This document shows positions 1 through 11,465 of a stretch of 64,000 bases of DNA, piece by piece. The stretch comes from Leucoraja ocellata (Eukaryota), in the NCBI GenBank assembly GCA_036785375.1, contig JAWMAR010002754.1, forward strand, positions 1-64,000, written 5' to 3'. The notes below the pieces were generated by a model, which saw only the letters and a list, made by a program, of their open reading frames with translations, was not told the DNA's origin and did no database searches. Made by a program: the position numbers and the translations under genes. Each line of letters begins with the position of its first letter. Positions within the stretch are counted from its first letter, which is position 1.

Positions 1-239
1 ACCTCTACCACTACGTCTCCGTCTCAGACTCCGTCTCGGTCTCTCTCACTCTCTCTCTCACACACACACACTCTTCCCAGACTAATTGTGTTTCTGTAAA
101 TTTCAATATCATTTATCTTTTAAATATTTTGTTTTTTTTCCTTCCCTGGCAACGTGTAAACAATCCATACTACACCGAGGTACTCGGTTAGCGCCCCAGA
201 TGTTCTGCAGGGCTGTGTGCCTGTATTCCGCCACGCTGA

Positions 240-278
240 GGTATTGGTACAGCTATCTCACTGCGCTGTGCCACTGTG
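240..278 (-). other. 23-bp-spacer RSS of supporting V-delta, cassette A
   Basis: Minus strand: heptamer CACAGTG (272-278), 23-nt spacer, nonamer ACCAATACC (240-248; 7/9 match to ACAAAAACC), directly after YYCGMSPRI. Confidence 0.9.
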
Positions 279-584
279 CGATGCGCGGACTCATCCCACA
301 GTAATACACAGCCCCGTCGCTCGGCAGTACTTCAGACAGCGTTAACTGACTGATTTTCTGTCCTGGATCGAGAGAACCAGAAATACGACCTTCGGCAGCT
401 TCTTCCTCATCTTGCTTGCCTGAAGTGTGTCTTTGGAGCAGGAATTCCAGAGACTGCCCTGGGAACTGTCGGTACCAGTGTACTGTGTACGAGCAGATTC
501 CGGAATATACGCAGTTAAGGGTGGTAGTGTCACCTGAAAGAGAAGATTGTTGAGGCGGACTCTGGGAACCCGCGGAAATTGAAT
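279..584 (-). CDS. Supporting TCR-delta V exon of NAR-TCR cassette A (leaderless)
   Basis: V-set motifs TLNCVYS, WYRQFPGQ, LEFLL, DGAVYYC. Extra CDR1 Cys (SGICSY). Acceptor ttttccgtag|ATT in phase 1, matching the upstream J donor. No leader exon recognised between it and the J. Confidence 0.88.
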
Positions 585-759
585 CTACGGAAAATAACAG
601 GGGAATAGTTATTGTTTTAACATTGACTGTTGGAGACTGTGACACACACAGAAACTAGGTACCGTCTCCGGTAATTCATCACATTTTTGCAAAATATATG
701 GAAACGTTATTTATGGATCCTTTAATTGTTCCTTCGACGAGTGGAGATTTAATTTCGTT

Positions 760-1135
760 TAGGTTAGTTTACTTTAGTAGAGTTTGGTTTAGTTTACATT
801 AGTTCAGTTTAGTTCAGTTTAGTTTAGTTTAGGGACACAGCGCGGAAAAGGGCCCTCTGGCCCACCAAGTCCGCGCCACCCTGCAATCCCCGAACATTAA
901 CACTATCCTACACACACGATGGAATATTTACATTTATAGAGCGCCAATAACCCTTCAAAACTGTCCGTATTTGGAGTGTGGGAAGAAACGCTAGATCTCG
1001 GAGAAAACCCGCACAGATTATGGGGAGAACATGCAAACTCCGTACCAACAACACCCGGAGTCTGGACCGGACTCGGGTCTCTAGTGCTAAACGCGCTGTT
1101 AGGCAGCACCTCCACCGTTACCGTTGTGCTACCGT
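760..1135 (-). mobile_element. HE1/V-SINE-like SINE with (TAAAC)n-like tail
   Basis: tRNA-like head, GGGTTTTCTCC core and (GTTTA/GTTCA)n tail at 760-830. Related copies at ~15680-16055, 33665-33905 and 43120-43410. Confidence 0.65.
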
Positions 1136-4100
1136 GGAGAACATCACTGACGAATATCCGCGAGGTCAAACTCTGATTATGAAAGTGAAATTGGAAATAT
1201 TCCAGGCTGTGGGAACAATCAAAGCGAGCACGGAATAATAGTGGAGCTGATTCAGTGAGTCGGGATCCGGTGAATGAAACACATTACCTTTGTCGGTTCT
1301 CTAACATTTTGTAATTGGTTCTTGGCTTTAAAACAATAGAACTAGTCATTCTCCCCACAGCTTGACTGAAGTGTATCCCTTCCTGGATATAGTCAAGGTT
1401 CAACAGAGATGTTTTGGCATTTAAGGCATAAGGTCATAAGGTCATGTGATAGTAGTGTAATTAGGCCATTCGGCCCATCAGGCCCACCCAGCCATTCAAT
1501 AATGGCTGAACTATGTCTCCCTCCGAACCGCAATCTTCTGCCTTCTCCGCAATGTCAAAACCTCTGACGCCTCGACTAATCAAAACTCTATCTATCGCTG
1601 CCTTATTTTCCCCTGAATTCGCCTCCACAGCCTTCTGTGATTAACAACTGGAAGGTCATCTTTTAAGTGGAATTTACACAACCCGGGATAAATGCTTTGC
1701 CCTCTATGTATCAAGAGTTGTGTGTTTTTTTTTTTTGCTTCACTGGGCCACGTCCTTCTACATTTTACTTTCATTTAATTGAAGAACAGTTATGGTTTTC
1801 AATCTTGGTCGCCCGCTTTTTGCTGCTTGCGGTTCATATTTCCGCCTCCAGCCAACCGTTTCAACAGGTCTGCCAGCTGTCGTTTGATTTCAGTTAGTGG
1901 AATGTTTTCAGAGGGTTCAGCTTCACTCACAGACCATCTACTCTCCCGCTAACCTCCCTCTGTTTCCTGGACTAAGGAATAGATTGTTTCCCAGGCTTTC
2001 GCTTACAGCGGGCGAGGATCAATCCCATAGATTTTATGGGATAAATTGATAAGCCAGTTGTAATGATAAGGCGGTTAGCATGACTTCAATAGTTGATAAG
2101 ATTTTTGAAACGATTATTAAAAATGCGGGACAGTGGTATCTGGAAGCACAAGATAAAATCTACGAAGTCGGCGAGAACTAGTCAAAGGGGGGGGGGGGGA
2201 GGGGGGTGTTCTTGCCCCACAAATCTGTTGAAATTGTTTTATGAAAGTAACTAGCAGGGTAAACAAAGGAAAGTCAGAAATGCAGTTTTCTTGGTGCCGG
2301 ACGCGAAGTGGATAATTAAAATTGGAGTATTGGTGTTAGAGATGAGGTATCAGCCTGGACAGAGGATAGGCTTCCGTTGCAGGGCAAAATATTGGAATAA
2401 AAGTGACCTTTTCCGCTTGCTGCCTTTGACTAATGGGTCAATGTTGGGCTCACTACTTTCCCCGTTGTATGTTTACGATCTGGATGATGGAATTAATGGC
2501 TTTTGCGGCTGATATCGTGGACGATGCCAAACATAGATGATGGGGCAGGTAGTGTAGAGTAAGCATGGAGTCTGAAAAATTCCTTGAACAGGTTGGAAGG
2601 GGGGGGGGGGGCAAATAAGTGACAGATGGAATACTACACACCACACTATACGGGCGTGCACTTTGGCGGAAGGATTAACGGCGCTTTTCTATTTTCTAAA
2701 CGGGGAGAGGATTCAGACGTGGAGGTACAAAGGGATTTGTGTATGTAGGTGCGGAAGTTCCAAAATGTGTATTTGCAGTGTGAATCGTCGTTCAGGGAGA
2801 CAAATTAAATGTTAGCATTAATTTCGAGATGACCAGAATATAAAAGCACGGATCTAATGTAAATGGTAGATGTTTTTTAGGCACTGATTTGATCACATTT
2901 GGAATATCGTGAGCAATGTTTTGTCCCGTATCTGAGGAAGGATATGGTGGCTTTGGAGATTACCAAACGGAGGATTATGCGAATTATTCGGGGGGTCATT
3001 CGGTCACGAATAAGAAGCGTTTGCTAACTCCAAGCCTACACACGCTGGACTTGAGAAGGATAAGTTCTGCTCTATCTGATCACTCTGATTGAGATTTGAG
3101 CAGCATTGACATCGGCATTTCGTCCTCACGCTCCAAACTCGGATACTTTCCCCCTGAATTGACCCTTGCTACATATCGCAGTCGTCACCCGCGCACTTTC
3201 GTTTTCACTTCCAAAGGCGGATTTCAATTTCCACGACGGGCCAATGGCCTAACTCTGCTTCTATGTCTCATGGTCTTTGTCTTTGTTTTGGATGTGGACA
3301 TAACTGTTAAGGCCAACAGTCATTGCCCGTTACAATCAAAGGTAACGATTACAGGGTGATTAAATGTATTCTGTTCCGACAACGGAACAGTGACATTCTT
3401 ACTTGTAGATGCACACAGGCCTAGAAATGCAATATGCTTTATCAGATAACCGAGTCGTAGAGTCATGGCGCGATATAAAGCGGAAACAGGCTCTTCGGTT
3501 CATGTTGCACACCGGCAAACATGTCACAGCAATATTGTTTCACCTACCCGCGTTTGGTCCAAATCCATAAAAACCTGTCCTGTCCATGTACTTGGCTAAC
3601 TGATACTTAAACAGGGGGATAGTGCCAGCCTCAGCTATGTACTCTGGCAACTTGTCCTGTTCACCCACCACCCTCCGTGTGAAAACGTTACCCCTGAAAT
3701 CCTATTAAATCTTCCCCTTCACATTAAACCTGCGTCCGCCGGTCCTCGACTCAGCTACTCTGCACAAGAGACTCTGCGTATCTACCCGATCTATTCTTCC
3801 AATTATACCGCATTCACGATCACCCCATTCCTCTCATAATAATACAAAAACGATTTGAATCAATTAATGGCCACAATCCCAGAGCAACAAAAAAACCCAA
3901 ATCCTCTGTATAACCAGAGACAATAATGAAAAGTTTATGAACACAAAGTGCTGCAGTAACGTGTTGACCAAAAGGGTGAATTGGCACTGTGTTTTGGAGC
4001 AAGCCGGCGGTTTGGTGGTAGGAATAACTCCGCGGGTCAGGCAGCATTTCAGGAGAACATTGATAGCCGAAATTTGGAATCTAGACTTCAGAATCCGATG

Positions 4101-4399
4101 TCAGCGTCCGCATTTACTTGTGTCCGCATAGAATGTCATAGCTATGGTTAGCACGGTGTGGTGTTACCGACCCTGATGGTTTTGGGGAAGTAGCTATTCT
4201 TCAACCTGATTCACGTTGTGCTCCCGTGGAGCCCGGCATATCCTCTCATTGGACTCACGTGTACCGTAACATCTAGCATAAGTTTCTGGCACTAGAATCT
4301 GTTTCAATTGGAAAGCAATTGATGCCTCGTGATCCAATATTAAAGGGAACTGAATATTTCCAAGAACAACCGTGGATAAGAGAGGTTTAGGGTACTTAC

Positions 4400-4475
4400 C
4401 GGCTGTGACAGTCACCGTAGTCCCCGTCCCATCCTGATAGTAAATGCCCCAATAGTCACGCTGTCCCAACGGCCA
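4400..4475 (-). CDS. Germline-fused D-J segment of NAR-TCR cassette A (WPLGQRDYWGIYYQDGTGTTVTVTA)
   Basis: The 3' part aligns to the free J of cassette C. The 5' part holds the D core CAGCGTGACTA. Donor G|GTAAGT at 4400/4399 (phase 1). Confidence 0.85.
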
Positions 4476-4503
4476 CACGTTGTTACACGTCACTTTCAAA
4501 TCC
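4476..4503 (-). other. 12-bp-spacer RSS 5' of fused D-J, cassette A (non-canonical)
   Basis: Read outward on +: CACGTTG (4476-4482), 12-nt spacer, TTCAAATCC (4495-4503). Identical in cassette B. Confidence 0.7.
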
Positions 4504-4825
4504 CCAGGCGCCCGGCGAGATGGGCGGGCAGGGGATTAACGTTCAGCGAATGCATTTTTCAGATTGCAGTTTCTGTAACTGGATCCCGTCTGGAGTAGTG
4601 CATCAGAAGAGTGGTCAGTCATTCTCGTTGGCAGTTCGTTTACACCATTTTCGGTAAAGGGGACATTAGGCCGCACTCGCCAAATGGAGAAAACCCATTG
4701 TTTGAATCGCACGCATTTCATCCGGTGTAACCCAGAATGCAGGTCAGGCGGGACAAAGCGGGCCCGTGGGTTTACCCGGTGGGTTCACCTCCCGTCTTCA
4801 CGTTGCTAGCAGAATGTGCAGTGAG

Positions 4826-4863
4826 GGTTTTTGTGCTGCGCGAAGCGCAGGCCCATCACTGTG
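4826..4863 (-). other. 23-type RSS (22-nt spacer) of NAR-type V, cassette A
   Basis: Perfect CACAGTG (4857-4863), 22 nt, perfect ACAAAAACC (4826-4834). Confidence 0.95.
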
Positions 4864-5353
4864 CCTCCTCCACTTGTACTCAGCTCGACAGTAATATGTG
4901 TCCATGTCCTCAACTCTCAAACCAAGAATTTTCAACGTAAATGTCTTTCCCACTTTATTGTTCGACACAACGATCCGTCCACCTGTTGTGATCCGCTGCC
5001 GTGTAGCACCGGGTTGTGCTTGCTTGACGAAATGTCCTTCATTAAATACGTAGCTGCCAATGGAACCTTCTTGGAAAAGGCAGGTGATGGTGAGGGGCTG
5101 ACACTCTTTTCCAGCCACCGCATTCGGGATCTGGGTCACTGACTGACTGACGGAGTCTGTGGATTAAACACAGGGAGAGGTGAGTGGGAATTCCAGGCGA
5201 ACCATGGCAGAAGGATACATCGCGGGCAGTGTTTGAAATTCAGGTCGGAGTGGACGCGAGTTGTTTTATGTAAAACCCGCATTGTGTGGGAGTAGGGGAC
5301 CGGTACTCACGGCGTAAGCAGAGTGACAGCACAAAAAACAGGAGGATCCCCAT
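4864..5353 (-). CDS. NAR-TCR V gene, cassette A: leader exon 5311-5353 plus IgNAR-like V exon 4864-5156
   Basis: Leader ATG..MGILLFFVLSLCLR with GTGAGT donor; acceptor cacag. V has ITC...GGRIVVSNNKVGKTFTLKILGLRVEDMDTYYCRA, matching the VNAR pattern (GGRYVETVN..KSFSLRI.DL.VED..TY.C) with a truncated CDR2 region. Extra FR1 Cys (GKEC). Confidence 0.88.
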
Positions 5354-5559
5354 CGCGCCTTCTCCGGGATAAATGGTTTACTTGACGAGAGTCTGGATCC
5401 CAGGTCCCCGGACAGATCCTGCAGCCTATCCCGGAGAACTGAGCTGGAGCAACAGCTGGTCTGTTCGTTTCGGTGAGTGCGTTGTCCTGCGGAGTTTTGA
5501 AAAAAATCCCAATCGATGTGCGAATAGACGGAGAGTTAGAGACGGGGTCCGTTAAACCT

Positions 5560-5665
5560 GCTGATTTGTTTGGTGGCCCGGAATCTGATGTGAAACATCT
5601 GACGTGGATTTCACGTTTCTCTGACGTTCAGTAGACCATCTGAACCATTCAGGCAGATGTCAGTC
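5560..5665 (-). promoter_or_regulatory. Putative NAR-TCR V promoter block (CRE half-sites and E-boxes)
   Basis: TGACGT at 5600 and 5622 plus CATCTG/CAGATG E-boxes, ~250 bp upstream of the leader ATG. Conserved at ~20150-20255 and ~31060-31155. Confidence 0.4.
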
Positions 5666-5679
5666 CATAGAAGGCAGAA

Positions 5680-8283
5680 CAGCTGAAATAATTATGGGAA
5701 CAAGGAAATGGCAGAAGAGTTGAATAGGTACTTTGGTTCTATCTTCGCTAGGGAAGACACAACAATCTCCCAGGTGTACTAGAGGACAGAGGGTCTCTGG
5801 AGAAAGAGGAACTGCAATAAATTTGCATTGGGCAAGAAATAGCATTGGGTAAACTGATGGGACTGTAGCCTGCTAAATACCCAGGGTGTGATGGTTTGCA
5901 CCACAACTACTCAAGGAATTGGTCTAGAAATCATGGACGTATATTTTGATCATTTCCAATGTTCTATGGCTTCAGGATGAGTTCCTGTGGATTGGAGGGG
6001 AGCTAATGTTACCCCACTTTTCAAGAAAGGGGGGAGAGAGAAAACGGGAAATTAGAGCCCAGTTAGCCTGATATCGGAACTGGGGAAGATGCCAGAGTCA
6101 ATTTTAAAAGTAACAACGGCGCACTTGGATAGCGGTAAAATGATTAGTCCAAGTCAGCATGGAGTTATGGAAGGGAAATCCTGCTTGACTCCGATCTGGA
6201 ATGTTTGAGAATGTGACAAGTAAAATGGAACAAGAAGGTCCCTGTTAGAATGGCAGGCAGTGGCGAGTGGAGTGCCGCTAGGCTCGGTGCAGGGGCCGTA
6301 ACTATTGACAATATATATTAGTGATTTAGATTATGGAATTAAAAGTAACACGAGCAAATTTGCAGATGACACAAAGCTGGGTGACAGTTTGAACTGCGGA
6401 AAGGATGTCAGGTCGTTGCGGGGTGACTTGGATAGGTTGAGTGAGTGGGCAGATACATGGCAGATGCTGTATAATGCAGGTAAATGCGAGATTATCCACT
6501 TTGACGACAAGAACATCGAGGTAGATTATTATCTCAATGCTTTCAATTGGGGGAAATGGGAAGTGGAACGTGACCTGGGTGTCCTACAGCAGGTAGTAAA
6601 GAAATGTAATGGCATGTTGGCCTTCATAATGAGCGGATTTGAGTACACGAGTAAGGAGGTCCTTCTGCAGTTGTACACGGCACTGGTGAGACAACATGTT
6701 GAATATTGTGTGCAGTTTATGTCTCCTAATTAGGGGAAGGACTTCCTTGCTATTGAGGGAGTTTACAAGGTTAATCCCAGGTATGGCAGGTCTGTCATTT
6801 GAGGAATATGAGAAAGACCGGGCTTGTATTCTTTCGAATTCAGCAGGATGAGGGGGCGATCTTATAGAAACATATACAATTATAAAAGTACTGGACAAGC
6901 TAGATGCAGGAAAAATGTTCCCAATGCTGGGGGAGCACAGACCAGGGGCCAACGTCTTAGAAGAAAGGGGAGGTCATTTAAAACTGAGATGAGAATTATC
7001 TCTTTCACCAAGAGAGTTGTGAATTTGTGGAAATCTCTGCCACAGAAGACAGTGGAGGCCAATTCACTGGATGAAATTAAAAGACAGCGAGAGGACTTGG
7101 GGCTAGCGAAATGAAGGGGCATGGGGAGAATAAAGGCACGGGTATTTGTTTGCGGATGCGCAGCTATGATCATGGCGGTACGGACTGGAAGGGCCTTATA
7201 GCCTCTCCCTGCACATATATTTCTATGTTTCGATGTTTCTATTTAAAATCAGTACCCCGTTCCTGCTTTCTCCCCATATCCCTTGTTTCGTTTAGCCCGA
7301 AGAGCTCTTGTGAAATATTCCAGTGAATTGGACTCCACGGCCTTCTGTGGTAGAGCATTCCACAGATTTACAACTCTCTGGGTGAAACAGATTTTCCTCA
7401 TCTCAGTCCTAAGTTGTTTTGGGCCATTGTGAGAACGCATGTGTGAATGATTTTGACCTCCTAATTTGTGGAAGAACATGATTGCTATTGAGGAAGTGCA
7501 ACATCGGTTCTCCACGTTAATTCCCGCGATGGCGGGACTGGCATATGATGAAAGGACGGGTTGACTGTGCTTGTATTCATTAGCATTTGGAAGGATGAGA
7601 GGCAATGTTAAAGAAACATATACCATTCTTAAAGGGTTAGCAAGGCAAGATGCAGGAAACATGTTCCCGGTTTTGGGGGAGTCGAGAATAAGGGTTCAAC
7701 GTTTAAGAATAAGGATAGGTCATTTAGGACTGAGATGAGGGCACGTCTCTTTCACCCAGAGAGTTGTAAATCAATGGAATTCTCAGGCACAGAATAGAGT
7801 GGAGGAATTTTCACCGGCCGTTTCAAGAGAACGTTAGATTTAGCTCTTGGGACTAAAGTAATTAAGGGATATGGGGTAAAAACAGGAACGAGGTACTGAT
7901 TTTAGATGCTCAGCCATGAAGATATTGAATGGCGGTTCTGGCTCGAAGGACCGAATGGCCTACTCCGGCATCGAATTTTCTGTTTCTATGTTTCTAAATG
8001 GCCTACCGCTTATTCTTAAACTGGGACCTCTGTTTCTGGACTCTATCAATATCCGGTACATTTTTCCTGCATCTACCCGGTCCAATATTCTTGCTACTGA
8101 TGGAATGCTGCGTAGGTTCACAAGGTTAATTCTCGGGATGATGTGGCAGTTACATGTTGAGAGAATGGAGCGGCTGATCTTGTGTACTCTGGAATTTGGA
8201 AGAATGAGAGGGGTTCTTATTTAAACATATATGATTATTAAGGGTTTGGACACGCTAGAATCGCGAACCATGTTCCCGATGTT
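5680..8283. mobile_element. Decayed CR1 LINE fragments, both orientations
   Basis: Broken RT motifs (KFADDTKL, EYCVQF, TRGQRL), with equivalent debris at ~20270-22980 and ~31590-33230. Confidence 0.85.
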
Positions 8284-11242
8284 TCCACTTTTCAACATAA
8301 TTGTGTAAGGGGTAAGAGTGTTGTAAAAACAAGCCTGAAGGCTTTGTGTCTCAATGCAAGGAGCATTCGTAATAAGGTGGAAGAGTTGAATGTGCAGATA
8401 GCTATTAATGACTATGATATAGTGGGGATCACGGAGACATGGCTCCAGGGTGACCAAGGCTGGGAGCTGAACATCCAGGGATATTCAAGATTCAGGAGGG
8501 ATAGACAGAAAGGAAAAGGAGGTGGGGTAGCGTTACTGATTAGAGAGGGGATTAATGCAATGGAAAGGAAGGACATTAGTTTGGAGGATGTGGAATCGGT
8601 ATGGGTAGAGCTGCACAACACTAAGGGGCAGAAAACGCTGGTGGGTGTTGTGTACAGGCCACCTAACAGTAGTAGTGAAGTTGGAGATGGTATCAAACAG
8701 GAAATTAGAAATGCGTGCGACAAAGGCAAAACGGTTATAATGGGTGACTTCAATCTACATATAGATTGGGTGAATCAAATTGGCAGGGGTGCTGAGGAAG
8801 AGGATTTCTTGGAATGTATGCGGGATAGTTATCTAAATCAACATGTAGAGGAACCAACGAGAGAGCAGGCTATTTTAGACTGGGTATTGAGTAATGAGGA
8901 AGGGTTAGTTAGCAATCTTGTTGTACGTGCCCCCTTGGGCAAGAGTGACCATAATATGGTTGAGTTCTTCATTAGGATGGAGAGTGACATTGTTAATTCA
9001 GAAACAATGGTTCTGAACTTAAAGAAAGGTAACTTTGAGGGTATGAGATGTGAATTGGCCATGATTGATTGGCAATTAATTCTAAAAGGGTTGACGGTGG
9101 ATATGCAATGGAAGACATTTAAAGACTGCATGGATGAACTACAAAAATTGTTCATCCCAGTTTGGCAAAAGAATAAATCAGGGAAGGTAGTACATCCATG
9201 GATAACAAGGGAAATCAGGGATAGTATCAACGCGAAGGATGATGCGTACAAATTAGCCAGAAAAAGCAGCATACCGGAGGACTGGGAGAAATTCAAAAAC
9301 CAGCAGAGGAGGACAAAGGGCTTAATTAGGAAAGGAAAAATAGATTATGAAAGAAAACTGGCAGGGAACATAAAAACTGACTGCAAAAGTTTTTATAGAT
9401 ATGTGAAAAGAAAGAGATTAGTTAAAACAAATGTAGGTCCCTTGCAGTCAGAAACAGGGGAGTTGATCATGGGGAACAAGGATATGGCGGACCAATTGAA
9501 TAACTACTTTGGTTCCGTCTTCACTAAGGAAGACATAAATAATTTGCCGGAAATAGCAGGGGACCGCGGGTCAAAGGAGTTGGAGGAATTGAGTGAAATC
9601 CAGGTTAGCCGGGAAGTGGTGTTGGGTAAATTGAATGGATTAAAGGCCGATAAATCCCCAGGGCCAGATAGGCTGCATCCCAGAGTACTTAAGGAAGTAG
9701 CTCCAGAAATAGTGGATGCATTAGTAATAATCTTTCAAAACTCTTTAGATTCTGGAGTAGTTCCTGAAGATTGGCGGGTAGCAAACGTAACCCCACTTTT
9801 TAAGAAGGGAGGGAGTGAGAAAATGGGGAATTACAGACCAGTTAGTCTAACATCGGTAGTGGGGAAACTGCTAGAGTCAGTTATTAAAGATGGGATAGCA
9901 GCACATTTGGAAAGTGGTGAAATCATTGGACAAAGTCAGCATGGATTTACGAAAGGTAAATCATGTCTGACGAATCTTATAGAATTTTTCGAGGATGTAA
10001 CTAGTAGCGTGGATAGGGGAGAACCAGTGGATGTGGTGTATCTGGACTTCCAGAAGGCTTTCGACAAGGTCCCACATAAGAAATTAGTATACAAACTTAA
10101 AGCACAAGGCATTGGGGGTTCAGTATTGATGTGGATAGAGAACTGGCTGGCAAACAGGAAGCAAAGAGTAGGAGTAAACGGGTCCTTTTCACAATGGCAG
10201 GCAGTGACTAGTGGGGTACCCCAAGGCTCAGTACTAGGACCCCAGCTATTTACAATATATATTAATGATCTGGATGAGGGAATTGAAGGCAATATCTCCA
10301 AGTTTGCGGATGACACTAAGCTGGGGGGCAGTGTTAGCTGTGAGGAGGATGCTAGGAGACTGCAGGGTGACTTAGATAGGCTGGGTGAGTGGGCAAATGT
10401 TTGGCAGATGCAGTATAATGTGGATAAATGTGAAGTTATCCATTTTGGTGGCAAAAACAGGAAAGCAGACTATTATCTAAACGGTGGCCGATTGGGAAAG
10501 GGGGAGATGCAGCGAGACCTGGGTGTCATGGTACACCAGTCATTGAAGGTAGGCATGCAGGTGCAGCAGGCAGTAAAGAAAGCGAATGGTATGTTAGCTT
10601 TCATTGCAAAAGGATTTGAGTATAGGAGCAGAGAGGTTCTACTGCAGTTGTACAGGGTCTTGGTGAGACCACACCTGGAGTATTGCGTACAGTTTTGGTC
10701 CCCCAATCTGAGGAAGGACATTATTGCCATAGAGGGAGTGCAGAGACGGTTCACCAGACTGATTCCTGGGATGTCAGGACTGTCTTATGAAGAAAGACTG
10801 GATAGACTTGGTTTATACTCTCTAGAATTTAGAAGATTGAGAGGGGATCTTATAGAAACTTACAAAATTCTTAAGGAGTTGGACAGGCTAGATGCAGGAA
10901 GATTGTTCCCGATGTTGGGGAAGTCCAGGACAAGGGGTCACAGCTTAAGGATAAAGGGGAAATCCTTTAAAACCGAGATGAGAAGACCTTTTTGCACGCA
11001 GAGAGTGGTGAATCTCTGGAACTCTCTGCCACAGAGGGTAGTTGAGGCCAGTTCATTGGCTATATTTAAGAGGGAGTTAGATGTGGCCCTTGTGGCTAAG
11101 GGGATAAGGGGTATGGAGAGAAGGCAGGTACGGGATACTGAGTTGGATGATCAGCCATGATCATATTGAATGGCGGTGCAGGCTCGAAGGGCCGAATGGC
11201 CTACTCCTGCACCTAATTTCTATGTTTCTATGTTTCTATGTT
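8284..11242 (+). mobile_element. Young CR1 LINE with near-intact ORF2 (AP endonuclease plus reverse transcriptase; ORF 8344-11160)
   Basis: 938-aa ORF with ITETW, GDFN and SDH endonuclease motifs, QGSVLGP and FADD RT motifs, and a (TTTCTATG)n tail. Absent at the equivalent site of copy B (~22960). Confidence 0.95.
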
Positions 11243-11465
11243 GGGGAGTGCAGACCCAGGGGACACAGTTTAAGGCGTTTTTGCGTATTACATGCAAAAC
11301 CGTAGATGTTTGTTCAAAAGTGTGTAAGTGATGTCCACAGGGATGTAATCTCGTTGCCTGTTTTTCCCTTCATTTACATTATAAATATGGCAGATATTTG
11401 TTTACTTGGCTGACAACCGCTGAGCTGCAGCAAAACGGAGTGATCGCCTGGATCCCCGTATTAAA

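Noticed and set aside
760-830. GTTTA/GTTCA repeats and other short tandem tails as a CRISPR-like or functional array
   Set aside because: They are simple SINE/LINE 3' tails with no spacers.
4798-5353. Calling the cassettes IgNAR or IgH clusters
   Set aside because: No constant exons follow the J. The next in-phase exon is a TCR-type V with its own RSS, which is the NAR-TCR arrangement.
5821-5828. Ig octamer ATTTGCAT upstream of the leader in A (and B)
   Set aside because: It lies within CR1-derived debris ~470 bp from the ATG and is not retained in copy C.
8412-10754. Antisense ORFs within CR1 elements and other 60-150-aa ORFs
   Set aside because: They are shadow frames of repeats or of real exons, with no independent motifs.
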